DNA of 63,323 nt, filler included, from Lenisia limosa (GCA_001655205.1; 16 parts of 16 records of this genome joined end to end with filler, not necessarily neighbours in it), one strand, 5' to 3'. Shown: positions 38,945-53,000, counted from the whole stretch's first letter. The notes: generated by a model not told the origin, from the sequence alone. Numbers and translations are program-made.

Positions 38945-39967
38945 ACTGTCCGTCGTATGATCGACCTTTTCAACGCCGACTGCATTTCCCTCGTCCCCCA
39001 GCAGGGTGGGGAGGGGGCAGTATCATGACTGAATTCTTCATAATCCTCGATGCCTGAAAAGGTGTTGCTTTTTAGGGCATACACATTCCATTGGTGTTTG
39101 CTTTTACTGTCCTAAACACAAATTCACTTGTTACACTTTTTACGATTTTAGGTACTGTTGGTGCTTCAGGAGATCTTGCCCCACTCGCTCACCTTGCTCT
39201 TGTATGTGGCTTCCTTTTGTGTTTTAATAACAACGTTTTTTGTGTTGCTTTTCCTCCTATTTTATTATTTGCATCCAATCGTGTCATCCGGGGTTTTTTT
39301 TCTGGTTTTAATGTGAGTTGCTCATGTTTGTCAATACTCCTCCTTTTGACCCCCCAGGGACTCCTCGGAGAAGGCGAGATGTGGGACGTGACGACTGGTA
39401 AACTTGGCCAGGCTGCAGACATCATCAAACGTGCCGGCCTCCCCATTCTTGACGTGGAGGGGGGGCTATATTATACATATCATATGTATAGACGATCTTG
39501 ACTTTCGTTTATATATTTTCTGTTGAGCATCGGACTATTATTATCCCCCTCCCCCTGTTTTTTTTTTTGATCAGATTTTTTTCATAAATTTTCCTTCNNN
39601 NNNNNNNNNNNNNNNNNNNNNNNNNNNNNNNNNNNNNNNNNNNNNNNNNNNNNNNNNNNNNNNNNNNNNNNNNNNNNNNNNNNNNNNNNNNNNNNNNNNN
39701 NNNNNNNNNNNNNNNNNNNNNNNNNNNNNNNGTCCTCCCTCGGGGCCGAGAGCGTTGAGCGTGCCAAGCGCGTGGCTCTCCAGGCCGATATTGTGGCCGC
39801 TCTCACCGTGGGGGGGTCATGGGTTTATCTTTGCCTGCACTCCTGGGTTTATCTTTGCCTGCACTCCTGGGTTTATCTGTGCCTGCACTCAAGGGTTTAG
39901 GTCGAAGCTCTTCGTGGCAACCACGTATGCTTCGATTCCTGCCTCCACGCTGCCCGCAACCACGAGG
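38945..39967 (+). CDS. HAL: Histidine ammonia-lyase, internal exons
   Basis: VPQQG|TVGASGDLAPLAHLAL|GLLGEG (MIO-forming ASG), ALQADIVAALT|VEALRG and LHAARNHEG. Confidence 0.93.
39821..39893. repeat. Intronic 24-bp tandem repeat, three copies
   Basis: GGGTTTATCTTTGCCTGCACTCCT, three times. Confidence 0.9.
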
Positions 39968-39987
39968 GTAAGCAGACTTGGTTGACG

Positions 39988-40079
39988 TAGGGCTTCACTT
40001 CGGTACAACAAAAGACTGAATTCTCGATAAACTCTTGGATATTTTACTAGTTTCTTTGTGAAAAAGGAGGGAAGCCCTA
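39988..40079. mobile_element. Family A MITE in a HAL intron
   Basis: TAGGGCTTCACTTCGGT...GGGAAGCCCTA. Confidence 0.8.
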
Positions 40080-40184
40080 GATAGGTGAACCTTCGAGAAA
40101 CACATGAATGCATACCTTGAGAATATGTTATCTATTCACACCCAGTAAAATGATGGGAGTGGGCCGAAGCCGTCAACGTACTTG

Positions 40185-40269
40185 TTTTGTTTAGTTTCCT
40201 AAATTCCCTTTTTACAACAGAGTTGATTTGGGCTTTTTCATAAATTTTCTAATTTTACTCCCCCCCCCC
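40185..40269 (+). mobile_element. Family D element in a HAL intron
   Basis: CAACAGAGTTGATTTGGGCTTTTTCATAAATTTTCTAATTTTACTCCCCCC. Confidence 0.8.
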
Positions 40270-40369
40270 NNNNNNNNNNNNNNNNNNNNNNNNNNNNNNN
40301 NNNNNNNNNNNNNTTAATTAATTAANNNNNNNNNNNNNNNNNNNNNNNNNNNNNNNNNNNNNNNNNNNN

Positions 40370-40730
40370 TATTGGCGTAAAGGTACTAATCACGAATTGA
40401 ATAATCTGAAACTCCAAACAAACAAAAAACAAAAAACAAGCAATAACAAACACGAGCAATTCAATATCTCCTCTAAGTAGATTAATCCCCTCCAACCATT
40501 GGCACCTCAAGAAGCTCAAGAGCCACTGCTTCCTTATCAATGTACACCTCATGTCGCTGACTTGACAAACACGATGCCGTGTCTAGATGTGGTTATTCCC
40601 AAGGCCGAACAAACATTCTTCGGTGAAGGTTAATGAAAAGGCTTGGTTGATAAGTGCCGTCTTGCCAGCCTTGCTGTTTCCCTAAAGAAATGAAGAATGG
40701 TTTCCAACTTACCAAAAGTGCAATTTTCAT
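40370..40730 (-). CDS. Divergent Ras-superfamily small GTPase, 5' part
   Basis: MKIALL|GNSKAGKTALINQAFSLTFTEE|YTAS..HEVYIDKEAVALELLEVP, with a P-loop and ~30-nt introns. Confidence 0.65.
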
Positions 40731-41138
40731 TGTAGCCTGCCACTTGCCAATCTAAAAGATGTCTGCTGTAATATTATTGGATAATTTAGGCTTATCAGCA
40801 GCTGGCGGGAGAGAGAGGTCTCAAAATAGCTAAAAAAATAAAATCCAATGTAGTCTTTTGAATCTTTGTGAAGCTTTTCGTAAATTTTTGTTCAATAAGT
40901 AAGCGATAAGTAAGATTAACGATTAGAGAGAGGGAAGAGGAAAATTTTGAAGGAAAAGGAGACTTGCACTGGTCCAGATGTCACTATATGGGTTGCCCTT
41001 TCAGGCCAAACCACGGTGCCTTCACTCCTCTTCTACCTTCTTTAGTTCAATAAAAACGTACAGAAACACAAAAACAGAGGGGAAAGAAGAAAGGAAACGG
41101 AGGGAAAGCGAAGCTCTGACCCCCCAACTCCATCCCAT

Positions 41139-44124
41139 ATGGGAAACGAGGCTAGTAAGCCGTCTGACCACTCGTCTCTCGAGTCAAAGGGACTGTCTCA
41201 CCTCGACTATTCGCACAAGAAGCAGTTTGGAAGGGGTGTAGCGTTTAACCGTGAGTTGGGCAACTTGCTAAATGTGATACAACAATGTGATATGTCAATA
41301 AATTTAAAGGAAGGACAAACACACACTACAATACAGTTTCTGTTGGTGACTAATACTATAATCAGTAATGGAGTGGATGGCTTCGGCCAGATACTTTAAT
41401 CCAATATCTCTTTAAGGGTGATGGAGACCTTGTTTCTCATCTGTACGTTACATGCTATTAACGGATTTGCAGTTCGTGTGGTGGTCAGGGGAGATAAAAA
41501 CACAGGAAAGTCATGTCTGCTCGCAAGACTTCAGGTTTTTTGTGTTTTCTGTTTTTAATGTCAGGGCAAACCGTTTACAAAGGAGTACACCTCCACCCCC
41601 TTCTTGAAGTCAGCAACGATCCAATGGAACTATAAAGTCTCTGACCTGGCTGTGAAATGCGACGTTTGGGACGTCGTCGACGTGGCAGACCCCAATTACT
41701 TCGAAACTGCAAGCTCAAAGTATCTCGAGAAGGAGGGGGGTGGGCTGGGTGGATTAGCTTCATCATATCAATTTTCAAGGGAATTTTGAAATGAAGATTA
41801 ATGTAGAGCCGCAGACCTAGGGATTATGCACATCTATAGATCTGAATACTGCAGACTAAGGATTATCTGTTTTCATACTTTGTTTTCAAGTATATTCTAT
41901 GCTAAAATGAAATGGGGATAATCAGAAGCATGATGACATCAATGATTAATTTGAGAACAACAGAATTGTCAAAATAATTCATTAAAATACATTGGGAATG
42001 TTAGCACAATTTTCGACCCCCCCCCCCCCAGATTTNNNNNNNNNNNNNNNNNNNNNNNNNNNNNNNNNNNNNNNNNNNNNNNNNNNNNNNNNNNNNNNNN
42101 NNNNNNNNNNNNCCTGACGCGACCAATGTGGATATTTATCGTGGAGCATCGTGCTGCATCTTCATGATCAACATCACCAAGAAGTGGACTTTTGACTATG
42201 TTGTGCGGATGGCCCCGGAAGTCCCCGATGAAATCCCCATCCTTATCCTGGTATGAAATTAATAATAAAAAAAGGAAGACGTAACTCTCAAATTAAAATA
42301 ATCTCGACACTATATTTTGGGTATAAGTAAGCCTGTGGGGGGATATTGCCATCCTTATCCTGGTAGGAGTCTATCATTCTACTGAGTATTTTCTTGCTTT
42401 TGCTTTTTTTTTTTGTCTTAATATTAACCCCAACAGGCGAATTTCAAAGACAGCCCTGAAAGACCTCAGATAACAACCTACGATCTTGAAGATCTCGTGG
42501 TATTTTGTTTCATTAACACCCTGGAAAATCTCAATTCAAAACGAATGAACACAGATTGCAAGTACCTGGAAACATCACTTTTGAACTGCTTTGGGCTAAA
42601 AGCCGTTTACAGCTATTTCAACGCCCCTTTTCTTGCGCTTCAGGTGGGAGGGATATCATCAACATCAGCATTATCACCATCATTACCATCACCATCAACA
42701 ACAACAACATCAAATCAACAACAATAACATTCTTCCCTCAGCGCCGTGAGCTTGAAGCCCAGCTCTCTCGAGTCTTACAAGAACAAAAAATGGCAGATGA
42801 GGAGTTCGAAGCCGTCTCTAAGGCCCAAAGGTTTTCTTTTTTCTTGACCGTAGCTACCAGGAATATTTAGTTTGGATGAAATCGACTCAGGAGGCTAAAA
42901 CCCAAGCCGCCCCGGGACCCCCAGCTCAGACTGCGGGTACTGCTAAACCCCCAGCCGCCGCGGCTGCACCCCCACAAAAAACGAAACCGCAAAAAGTGGG
43001 GGTCTTTGTTGGGGCTTTTTGAGTGCATACGGTTTTAGAAGTAGAAGAATTTTAAATAGAATAATGTATAATATGCTGGGGAGGCAGAAAGCTGAATGCA
43101 TAGTTGTGAGGCAAATGATTGGGTGAATTAATAAAAGTGAATAAGTAACAATTCAATACAATTCAATACAATTAAAGACAATTCATCAATACAATTCAAT
43201 ACAGTATTTGCTGTCCAACTGAGGCCACTTTCCCAAATGGAACCTTTTTTTTCGTCACCAGTCTAACGCGGCTCAGAAAGGAGGCTTCCTAAGTAGGTGG
43301 AAGGAGCGGAAGCATGAGAAGGAGGCTAAAAAAGCCCCAATGGTCATACCAAAAAGTAGGCCTTTGTTTATTATTTGGGCTTCCCTCCATATTTCCCCCT
43401 TTGTTTTTGTTCTAATTTCTCAATATACAACCCCAATCGGATCGATTTCTGTTGAGATGTTTGTTTGGGTGTTCACTGTTTGTTTGATTTTTTCACTGTT
43501 TGATTATTTCACTGTTGTATGGTTTAATTTTTTAAAACTATACAGAATCGCCAGAAGTTCGAACCCCTGTTGGCAATATCGAGGACTTTGCTGTCAAGGG
43601 TGAGCATGGATGATGTGAGGATACGGGAGTAAATGGGAGTTGCGCTTTTACCCCCTTGTGTTTGGCCAACAGAGTTGAGTTGTACTTTTAACCCCTTGTG
43701 TTTGGCCAACAGAGTTGATTCTGGGTTATTTTGTTTCATAATTATCTCTTTACCCCCCCCCCCCAGAAACAATCGAAGACTCGTTCTTTGACGATGATGA
43801 TGAATCACCTGCCAAACCTGTGGCAAAGCCAAAGAAAGCTCAGAAGGCTGCACCCGTGGTGGAATCCTCCAGTGATGACGATGATGATGATAGGTATGTA
43901 TGTTAATGATGATGATGAAAACGAGAATGAAATTGTGATGTAACTCTAGAATTTATTGAAACAATTTCTTGTTCTAACAAAACAGTCCATGAGTTATAAA
44001 TTATCAAAAATCATGTAATGCACGGACTCTCAAAGTCCAACACTTTAGGCCCCTAGCTATGATCCATGGTGGTGACGAGTCTGACGAATCAAGTGAAGAT
44101 GAACTCCCAGTCATCGCTGCAAAG
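41139..44124 (+). CDS. RABL6: Rab-like protein 6 (RABL6/RBEL1), 3' end truncated
   Basis: QFGRGVAFN, RVVVRGDKNTGKS, VKCDVWDVVD, INITKKWTFDYV and ETSLLNCFGLKAVYSYFNAPFLALQ. Confidence 0.9.
43648..43766 (+). mobile_element. Family D element with a duplicated core, ending at the intron AG
   Basis: (CCCCTTGTGTTTGGCCAACAGAGTTGA) twice, then TTTGTTTCATAATT..TTACCCCCCCCCCCCAG. Confidence 0.8.
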
Positions 44125-44819
44125 GTTGGTATTTGGGGGGGGGAGGTTATAGTTCGAGAAAATTGTCACGATATCCAAACACAAACTTACGGTGACGTCA
44201 TCTTTTTACAACTGTTTTCGAGAATTTAACTAACATTATATTCATTATAAAAATCATACTTTTTTTTGTTCTCTTATCTCAATAATAATTACTTTTAATA
44301 CACAAATCTATATCACACAAGTTAATACTCGTTTACGATTCTTTTTGTCCTTCGACGGAGCTAGATTTTGGAACTTTTACCTGCTTTAAGGAATTGGGGG
44401 TGGAGAGGTGTCTGCTTTGTTGCTCAACTGTCTTTGGATTCTAACCAGCAGAATTGATCTGGGCTTTTTTCGTTCCCAAAGTTNNNNNNNNNNNNNNNNN
44501 NNNNNNNNNNNNNNNNNNNNNNNNNNNTTAATTAATTAANNNNNNNNNNNNNNNNNNNNNNNNNNNNNNNNNNNNNNNNNNNNATCATAAATGACACGGT
44601 TTCTCATAAATGACACGGTTTCCGTGCAGCAGCATATTATATAATACTATATAATATGATATAAAAAAAAGCATACCCCCCACCCCCAATCCCTCCGCCC
44701 ACAGTTGGTAATCCATTTTGGGGAGATGAGAAACTCCTTGATCGGGTACCACTTGCCTAATAGAGTAAATGCGAGTCCATATATATATATATATATACCC
44801 TTCAAAGCACAATAAACAG

Positions 44820-47064
44820 GACCAGCCCAGTACCAATCTGAGTGCCAGCGGGGAGGGAGGAATATGATCTTCAGTAGATGATGTGGACATGGAAGAGCTT
44901 GGGGCGATAGGAGCAAATCCGAGGGAAGGGATACTTGGAATAGGCGAGATTCGGCTGGTGCTACAGGGTGAACACTTACGATAGTGCGAACATGCAATGG
45001 GTACAAGTAGGAAGGGTCGAATATTCTAATTTATTTTAGCTCAATGCTGGCTGACCTTGGGTGGAGAGGAGGAGTGGAGGGGAAATAGTTTCCAGGGTGC
45101 TGGGAGGCTTGGGTGTTGAACATTCTACAGAATGAGTTTCAAACTACTCGAAATCTTGTAACAGCAGACCTTTCATCCTCAAGATCAATGGTGTTTTGGA
45201 GGTTCACGGCTTTAGAGGCGTATTCTTGAACCTTGGCCTAAGGTATTAGATACAGTGATACAAACAAATCACGCAAGTAGACGAAAACGTATCATCCTTA
45301 ATGGGGCAAAACACTTTTTTTTTAAAAAAATCATTTTCGATAGAATGGATAAAAAGGACTTCCCACTTCTGGAAATATTACTTAAAATTCCATCAAAAAA
45401 AAAAAAAAAANNNNNNNNNNNNNNNNNNNNNNNNNNNNNNNNNNNNNNNNNNNNNNNNNNNNNNNNNNNNNNNNNNNNNNNNNNNNNNNNNNNNNNNNNN
45501 NNNNNNNNAAAAAACTCACATCTTGCCTTAAGGATTTCTGTGTCAACAAGAAGTTCTCCTTCTTAAACTTGGCTAGCTCTTTTTCTGTACAGCAGGCTTG
45601 ATCTTCGTCTAATAAAGTGAACAGAAACAAACAAACTCCCAATTCAAAGTAACAGGGTTGCCTAATGTTACGAGGCTGAAAGAGAGCAAAACTTCCCATA
45701 CAGTCGCTGGCACATGAGAAAAGCTTCCTGCAACACATTCGTAATTGCGTAATAGTCTCCAATGCCTCAGGTAATGTCGTGGGTAAACTAAAAGGTCACA
45801 GATAAGCTCTCATATTTATACTACAGCCCCCTGTTTTATGCAAAGAATAGTGACCTTACAATAGAATATGTCTACTAGATGGGGAGGGTTTCAAATGGGA
45901 AAGTTGTCTCGGGTATCCGAAGCAAGCTATTCTGTTTTGCACGTCATATTGAATGTGATCCACGCCACTTTTTCCTCTCTTTATTCCTTTCTCAAAATCG
46001 ACTTAAGAATTATCAATACAAAATAGAATAATATCGATATACATAAATCGCTCCAAGGAAAGCCTCGATAGTATGGAGACAAATTTCCCATTTGAAACCC
46101 TGCTTTAAACACCGTTCACCTGCTGTTTTCCCAGGACTTCTGTTCTGAGCGGCTGATACTTCTGTCATGTGAGATACAGTCAGAGACGGAGAACTTTGGA
46201 TAAAAGGGAGGGCAAAAGGCAAGGAGTGAGGCAACATGGAAGCACACTATAGGAAATTGCAACATTACATAAAATACTTATTACGCCAAAGATTGCACGT
46301 TGAACCCCCAGTGATTCAAGGAGTTTGTTGACAGTGAAAATATGAAATGTGTCTGCTGACCCCTTGGTCCTTTGGCGGACCAAAAATAATAAAAAAAGAG
46401 TGGTGGCAACATATACATGACATGTACAAAGAGGCAAGAAGCGTAAATCACTTCATAATAAAATTATGCATTACTCCAATATTTTTGTCAAAAAGCAATT
46501 TTTAAAAAATAAAATGATAGCAGAGCGGCAATAATCAGGAGCTGGGCCCTTTTCACCGCTTATGAGTCATTTTGGAGAGCTGCTTCTGAAGATGTTCCGT
46601 TTCAGTCTGCGACTAATTTGTTAATTATTGTGTGATTCAATGAATGGTAACAGAAACAGCACCAGCCCATGGCAGAGGTCGGGCGTATCAGAAGAGGTTG
46701 ATAACAAAGGCAGAGTTCAAACTATTGAAAAAGGAGAAGTTACAGGCAATTCCATCTTACCTCTTTCAATCTTCGATTTAACTGGTTGGTAATGTACTCC
46801 TTTTCGGTCTCAGCTGACACTGCGATCTTCCCCTTCTCCTTCCGCTCGTCAGAGAGCTTCTTTAGAAGGCGGTTCGCAATTAGCTCCTCCTCTTCCATAA
46901 TAGCCTCTTGCTAAAATGTTAGAATTTGGAGGAGAGGAGAAGGAAGAGCTCGAAGAGTAACATTTGCCTCGGACCATTCTTCCATGATGCGCCTTCAGCT
47001 CGTCAATTGAGGATTCCAGCTGTTGTATTCTGTCAATTAGATCTCTCTTTGACATATCTTCCAT
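44820..47064 (-). CDS. CCDC6-like (DUF2046) coiled-coil protein
   Basis: QEAIMEEEELIANRLLKKL..ETEKEYITNQLNRRLKE and NTIDLEDER resemble CCDC6. The 3' end is uncertain. Confidence 0.6.
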
Positions 47065-47574
47065 GATTGAAGCCAGTTAGTAAAGTATATGGAGAAAGCA
47101 ACGGTGAAATACGTCTAAGAGTTCAAGTCTGCTGATGCTGTGTGAATGCTGTGGTTGTGGTGTATGTGTGTTGTGAATTAAATAAAAGAATAGATTTTGT
47201 TTCAAGCAATGGTTTCAAATTCCAAATTCTCCAGCAAAAATTCCATGTTATATAACATATAACGGCGGGTATCAGTTTTCCAACCCCACTGATCCATCTC
47301 CCATTCCCTCTAATTCGCCTTGATAGCCCAATTCCACAGAATAGAAAGATGCAAGAAATAGATACCATTAACGAAACAACNNNNNNNNNNNNNNNNNNNN
47401 NNNNNNNNNNNNNNNNNNNNNNNNNNNNNNNNNNNNNNNNNNNNNNNNNNNNNNNNNNNNNNNNNNNNNNNNNNNNNNNNNNNNNNNNNNNNNNNNNNNN
47501 NNNNNNNNNNNNNNNNNNNNNNNNNNNNNNNNNNNNNNNNNNNNNNNNNNNNNNNNNNNNNNNNNNNNNNNNNN

Positions 47575-49820
47575 NTGCTTGTCAGATGGCAAGTGGGGCA
47601 CTGATGAACAGTCTGCGGGGAGAGTGAGTAATAGAGAATGGATAAAGAGAAAAGCAAGTAGTAGAAGAAAAGAATGGTGGGAATTAGACTAAGCACCTTT
47701 ACAGTGTCGAAACATACCCCACACACCTGTCCATCAGAGCAATCGAAAAGACGATCCTTGAGCAGGGCAGCTCCACCATGCGAAATAATGGAATCTCTCT
47801 CCATCTCTCCGAAACGGATACCTCCTCCAACCTGGGGGGGGGGGGNNNNNNNNNNNNNNNNNNNNNNNNNNNNNNNNNNNNNNNNNNNNNNNNNNNNNNN
47901 NNNNNNNNNNNNNNNNNNNNNNNNNNNNNNNNNNNNNNNNNNNNNNNNNNNNNNNNNNNNNNNNNNNNNNNNNNNNNNNNNNNNNNNNNNNNNNNNNNNN
48001 NNNNNNNNNNNNNNNNCTTACGTCCCTTGACAGGCTGCATGGTGACTCTGTTGACGGGTCCAGTGGCTCGCACTTGGAATTTGTCGGAAACCATATGACG
48101 CAGACGCTGGTAATACACACAGCCGAAGAAGATGTCTCCCTGCGAAAGTGAAAACAGCTCCAGCGTGCCACATTCCTATTCAGAGAAGATGGCCAAAGTA
48201 CTAGTAATCCGCCGCATACAGAGAATGGAGTTCCGGTCATGCCACTGTAGAACGGTTCGGAGCCCCAGTAGTTGAACCCGTTGCGCACCAAGCCCTCACC
48301 GATGGTTTCGAGAGGGGAGTCCTGGTAGGTCAAACCAAAGAGACGTGGATGAACCCACTTTTTGGAAGGGTGTAGAGTCTGTGAAGACGCCGTCCAGGGA
48401 TGAGAGTTTTCCAGCGTTACTCTCAATAAGCATACCTGGATAATAAGTAAGGAGTAGCGTAAATAATGCGTTCAAATAAGTGCAAGGAAATAAACAGAAA
48501 CAACCTTACCGATAGTCATTCTTGAGGGGAAGGCATGGGGGTTGATGAGAAGGTCAGGGGTGATTCCAGACTCACTGAAAGGCAAATCTTCAGTCTAGGG
48601 GAGGGGGGTGAGTTTGCGAAGAGGTGTAGATATACAAATACAAGTGATAATGAGAGTAAATGGGAAATGAAACTGATGATGAGAAAAGTACTGCCCCCCC
48701 CCCCCCTTANNNNNNNNNNNNNNNNNNNNNNNNNNNNNNNNNNNNNNNNNNNNNNNNNNNNNNNNNNNNNNNNNNNNNNNNNNNNNNNNNNNNNNNNNNN
48801 NNNNNNNNNNNNNNNNNNGAGGAAAACTTATCACCGATAATGGGGTTTCGGTTAACACGGAGGCGAATGACAGCAAGGGGGGGCTGCAGGAATGAATACC
48901 AGGCTCTAGATAATTCCTAGTCTCAAAAAAATCAATAGACGATGTCCACCAGCCATATACATTTTCCGTAGTGAGAACGCATGCGTCGTCGACAATGCTC
49001 TGTTCCGAGTCCTGGGAGATCAGTTGTGCTCTTACGGCGTTCATGGCAGTTAATTGTGTGATAATCCACACACCTTGTATTTGATCATCTTGTACTCTTG
49101 GAGGGTTCCGTCATAGTAACTTGCAATGGCCATACCTACGGGTTAAACCAACCAAAAATGATGATAGATTGCGACAACAAATGACTAAGCAGCCTACCAC
49201 TATGCATTGCGGTGCCAGCAGGGGGGAGACCATCATCGTCCAAATAGTCGAAGCCGTTCTTAGGGTCCTTGCGGAACCTGGAGTCCTTACCAACATCACC
49301 GTCAATGTGGTCCTTGAGACGCAGAATCTAGACGGTGAAAAGTGGTTGATAGTGCTGATAAGATAGTAAAAACTCAAACAGAACCTGTCTTATGCACCCT
49401 GAGTTCTGAGCCTACAACTAAGGCCCAAGTCACCCCCCCCCCACCTNNNNNNNNNNNNNNNNNNNNNNNNNNNNNNNNNNNNNNNNNNNNNNNNNNNNNN
49501 NNNNNNNNNNNNNNNNNNNNNNNNNNNNNNNNNNNNNNNNNNNNNNNNNNNNNNNNNNNNNNNNNNNNNNNNNNNNNNNNNNNNNNNNNNNNNNNNNNNN
49601 NNTTTCGACAGAATCATTGCGTCTTCCATGTCGAACCCTTTGAGGTAAGCTTTCTTAGCGGAAGGCCATGAGAAATAATAAAGTAGCAAAAGGTAAGAAG
49701 CAACTATGTGACTGTATTGAGCGGAATTACAATAGTCCCAACTACCGGTGTAAGACAGCACAGCAACACACGCATTGGTGCCCATTGCGTAGTTGTCTAA
49801 TCCGAAGGAATCGTAATCTT
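47575..49820 (-). CDS. POLR1B: RNA polymerase I second-largest subunit (RPA2), 3' part
   Basis: [13 protein letters not shown]|[57 protein letters not shown] and [21 protein letters not shown]. The DKFQVR and DRLFxCSD motifs point to Pol I. Confidence 0.9.
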
Positions 49821-50069
49821 NNNNNNNNNNNNNNNNNNNNNNNNNNNNNNNNNNNNNNNNNNNNTTAATTAATTAANNNNNNNNNNNNNNNNNNNNNNNN
49901 NNNNNNNNNNNNNNNNNNNNTTGTAGCTGTAACTCAATTATTTCCACATCTTATCATCCTTGAGAGCAAAAAAGCAATTTTTGATATTACATACCAAAAT
50001 ACATTCACTCGTTACTTGTCCTATTCTGTATTCAGGCTGCCATTTAGAACAACAACTGTCTCAAGATAC

Positions 50070-53000
50070 CATCTTATTCTTCAGGCATCCCTTGAGTGTA
50101 CAATATGCAAGGTGTCTGTCAAGATTCTAGATGAGGAGATCAAGAACCATGCACCGAGAAAGGACATTATTCCATTGGTGGCAGCTGTGGGGGGTCTGGA
50201 TCATATTTTTCAGGTGATTTATTGAAAGTTTTCAAGGTTTGTCTCAAATTTCAATTTTGATATCAGAAATATCCCGGAACCATTTTAACAAACGAAATCA
50301 TAAGGCCTCGCATTATCAGCGGTGACCGGTTTAGCTTATGGAGTACCAGTATCCGAATATGCACCCAAAGTTCTACCAGGGTATGGCCGAGTCCTTCACA
50401 AACGAAGGCATTGAGATCTTCGAGGAGATTGCCTTGGATCCCGAAGGTATGTGACAGGTGGCAATGGGTTTCCCCGAACCAGGGGGCCCGGCGGCGTAAG
50501 GCCTGGAAGGCCTTTTCAAATAAAATTGTAATACCTGGATCGGGGAAGCAATGGGTCATTGCTTCACTTTTCTTTGGTTCAGTCCACAGTTTATTTGAAT
50601 TCAGAAGTTTGCGAGTTTCTGAAAATGTGTCCCAGAAAGGCAACTCTGGAGAAAAGCTATCCTTTGGGTCCTCCAATTAAACCCATTCCGGTGTGGGGGT
50701 ATATTAATGCAGTTTTCTAATCGTGAGTAAGCTGCTATCTTGGTTGGAAGTAGTAATGTGTAAGCTTTCACAGTAATTCTTTGGAGAGAAGAGTATTTCC
50801 CCCCCCCCCTTTTTGTGTGAAGGCAATTTTGGAAAGAAAATCTTTACTTTATTAGGAAGAAGAATATTTGGATGATCCCTCAACCTCCAATCTCTTCGTT
50901 GTTCAGCTCACTGACATTCATGTCGACCCTCTGTATCAAGTTGAGAGGTGTTTTGTGGCAGTTGTTGTCACCGATATTGGAGGAATTTGTCTTTTTTGAG
51001 TTACTGATAGGGCTTTACTCAGGTAAGAAAAAGACCAGTAAGTTATCGATAGTTTTCGAGGATTTGTCGAGAAATTCAGTCTTTTTTCGAACCGAAGTCA
51101 AAAGATGAATATTATTAGTTCCCACCATTCATTCATGTACTTTCATCTTAACAAGATCATGACACGCGACTAGCTTAGGTCTATCATTTAGACTTTATCA
51201 AATTAACATATTACTTTCAAAGATAGGAAAGCGTTCATCTTTCAAAGAAATTTCATGAAGTACTTACCACCATATTAGGAAGGCAGTGACGTCAGCTGCA
51301 GGTTCTCCATCTGTTGTCGAAACGAAACCAATGGCGAAGGGGACGGAACGCTTGCTGGTTACTGGGGCAGCAAGCCATGCGACTTACCACCGCGCTCTCT
51401 TGAGCTTTTAGTTGAGGTGATTGGGTAAGAATTAACTCGATAACTATTGTATGGGGCTCTGGTGTTCCAGTTTCTATATGCGTCCGTTCAAAATTCCTTT
51501 TTTTTTTTTACTAATTCCAGTTTTTTTTTTTTTTTTTTTTTCCTNNNNNNNNNNNNNNNNNNNNNNNNNNNNNNNNNNNNNNNNNNNNNNNNNNNNNNNN
51601 NCAATCTTGCATTAATGATATTTTTTTGAACACAATATCGAAATTGATACAGAAAAAATCAATGTTGCACCAAAAGTTAACAGCACAATATAGTTTTTTT
51701 GAAATAATGAACACAAATAATCAAACAATTACTTCACCTGCGCTCCTCTTCCCCTTCCTCTTCCTCTTCCACGAGTTATCGGTACTACAAAAGTAAGACA
51801 AGGTGGAGAACTAAACACCTACTTTAGATAGTTGGTGCATTCACATCGTTGTCAAAATATTCACAATCTAGAGATGAAAGGGGCTTTTTGAAAGTTGAGA
51901 TGGGAATATCAGGTTGAGTAGCACCTTCAGCTCCATGGTCTACAGGGGGAATATATTTGGCATATTTCGAAAGTGTAATTCTTTTCTTTTCAGTTAGAAA
52001 ACTTCATTCAAAACACCGTTTTCCACTCACTCCTGTTGATTCTGCAAGAGCCTTTTCCTCTTCATAACATGCCATCTCTGACACTATGCTCACTTAGAAG
52101 TAAAGCATCATACTCATCATAATTGAATTTATACCCCAAACAGAACTCAGAACGGATTCAGCGGCCGATTTTACGTTTATAAGGCTGTTTCTATTATTTT
52201 GCAAAAAAAAATGCTAAAAAATCGATATTAGGAGTTTCTTTTTATTTTATTTTTTGAAAAAAAATAAAAATCGGAATAAGTAAAAAAAAACCGGAATTTT
52301 GAACGGTCGCATATACTACGCTTTTGTTTCCCCGCTTCACCCCCCTCCCCTGAGCTAAATTTGTGCCTTTTTCTTTTGTTCTTTTTGTTTCTTAAATATC
52401 CAATTTTACCCCTCCCCCAAACTTAAACCCACCACCAGTCCGCAGCCCGCGAGGCCACCAAACTCATGACGCCAGGTGCCAAGGTGTACGTTGCCCTCAC
52501 CGGCGATAACTCCCCCCACGATGTCTGGAAATATGTGCGTGGTTAGAAATTTGTAGTCCTTTGTTGTCTTTGTTGTGTATTTTTTTTTTTTTTGTGCAAT
52601 ATTAATTCCTTTCTTACCACCCCCCTCTCCAGACGCAAAAGTCACAGTTGGAAGCCACCAGGCTTGTCGATACCACAGTTCTCAAGCATTTCTCTGGTAT
52701 ATTGGGGTCAAGCTTGACACTTGTGTTGCCAGGAAAGGGGCAGGTGAATTTGAGATATTCCACACAGCAGAAGAAGAAGTTCATTTTTCTGCAATCATTT
52801 TCACCATGTAATGTGTTTTCAAATACGAATTGAATCATACATAGTACTACATGTATTATCGACATAATATATGACTTAAGAACCACATGGGCATGCCTCA
52901 GTTTCCAGGAATCGCATCCGGAGTATTCCCTACATTTGGCAACCACGAATCGCTGCCCATTGACCAGTACAATCTGGCCTTTGACGAGACAAAGGCCTAC

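Noticed and set aside
47575-49820. RPB2/RPC2 assignment, and an OTU-like reading of 48900-49060
   Set aside because: [16 protein letters not shown] and DRLFDCSD fit Pol I RPA2, and the 48.9-kb exon aligns within RPA2.
50263-50676. 137-aa minus-strand ORF as a separate gene
   Set aside because: It has no recognisable motif and overlaps the plus-strand saposin exon of SMPD1, so it is most likely a shadow ORF.
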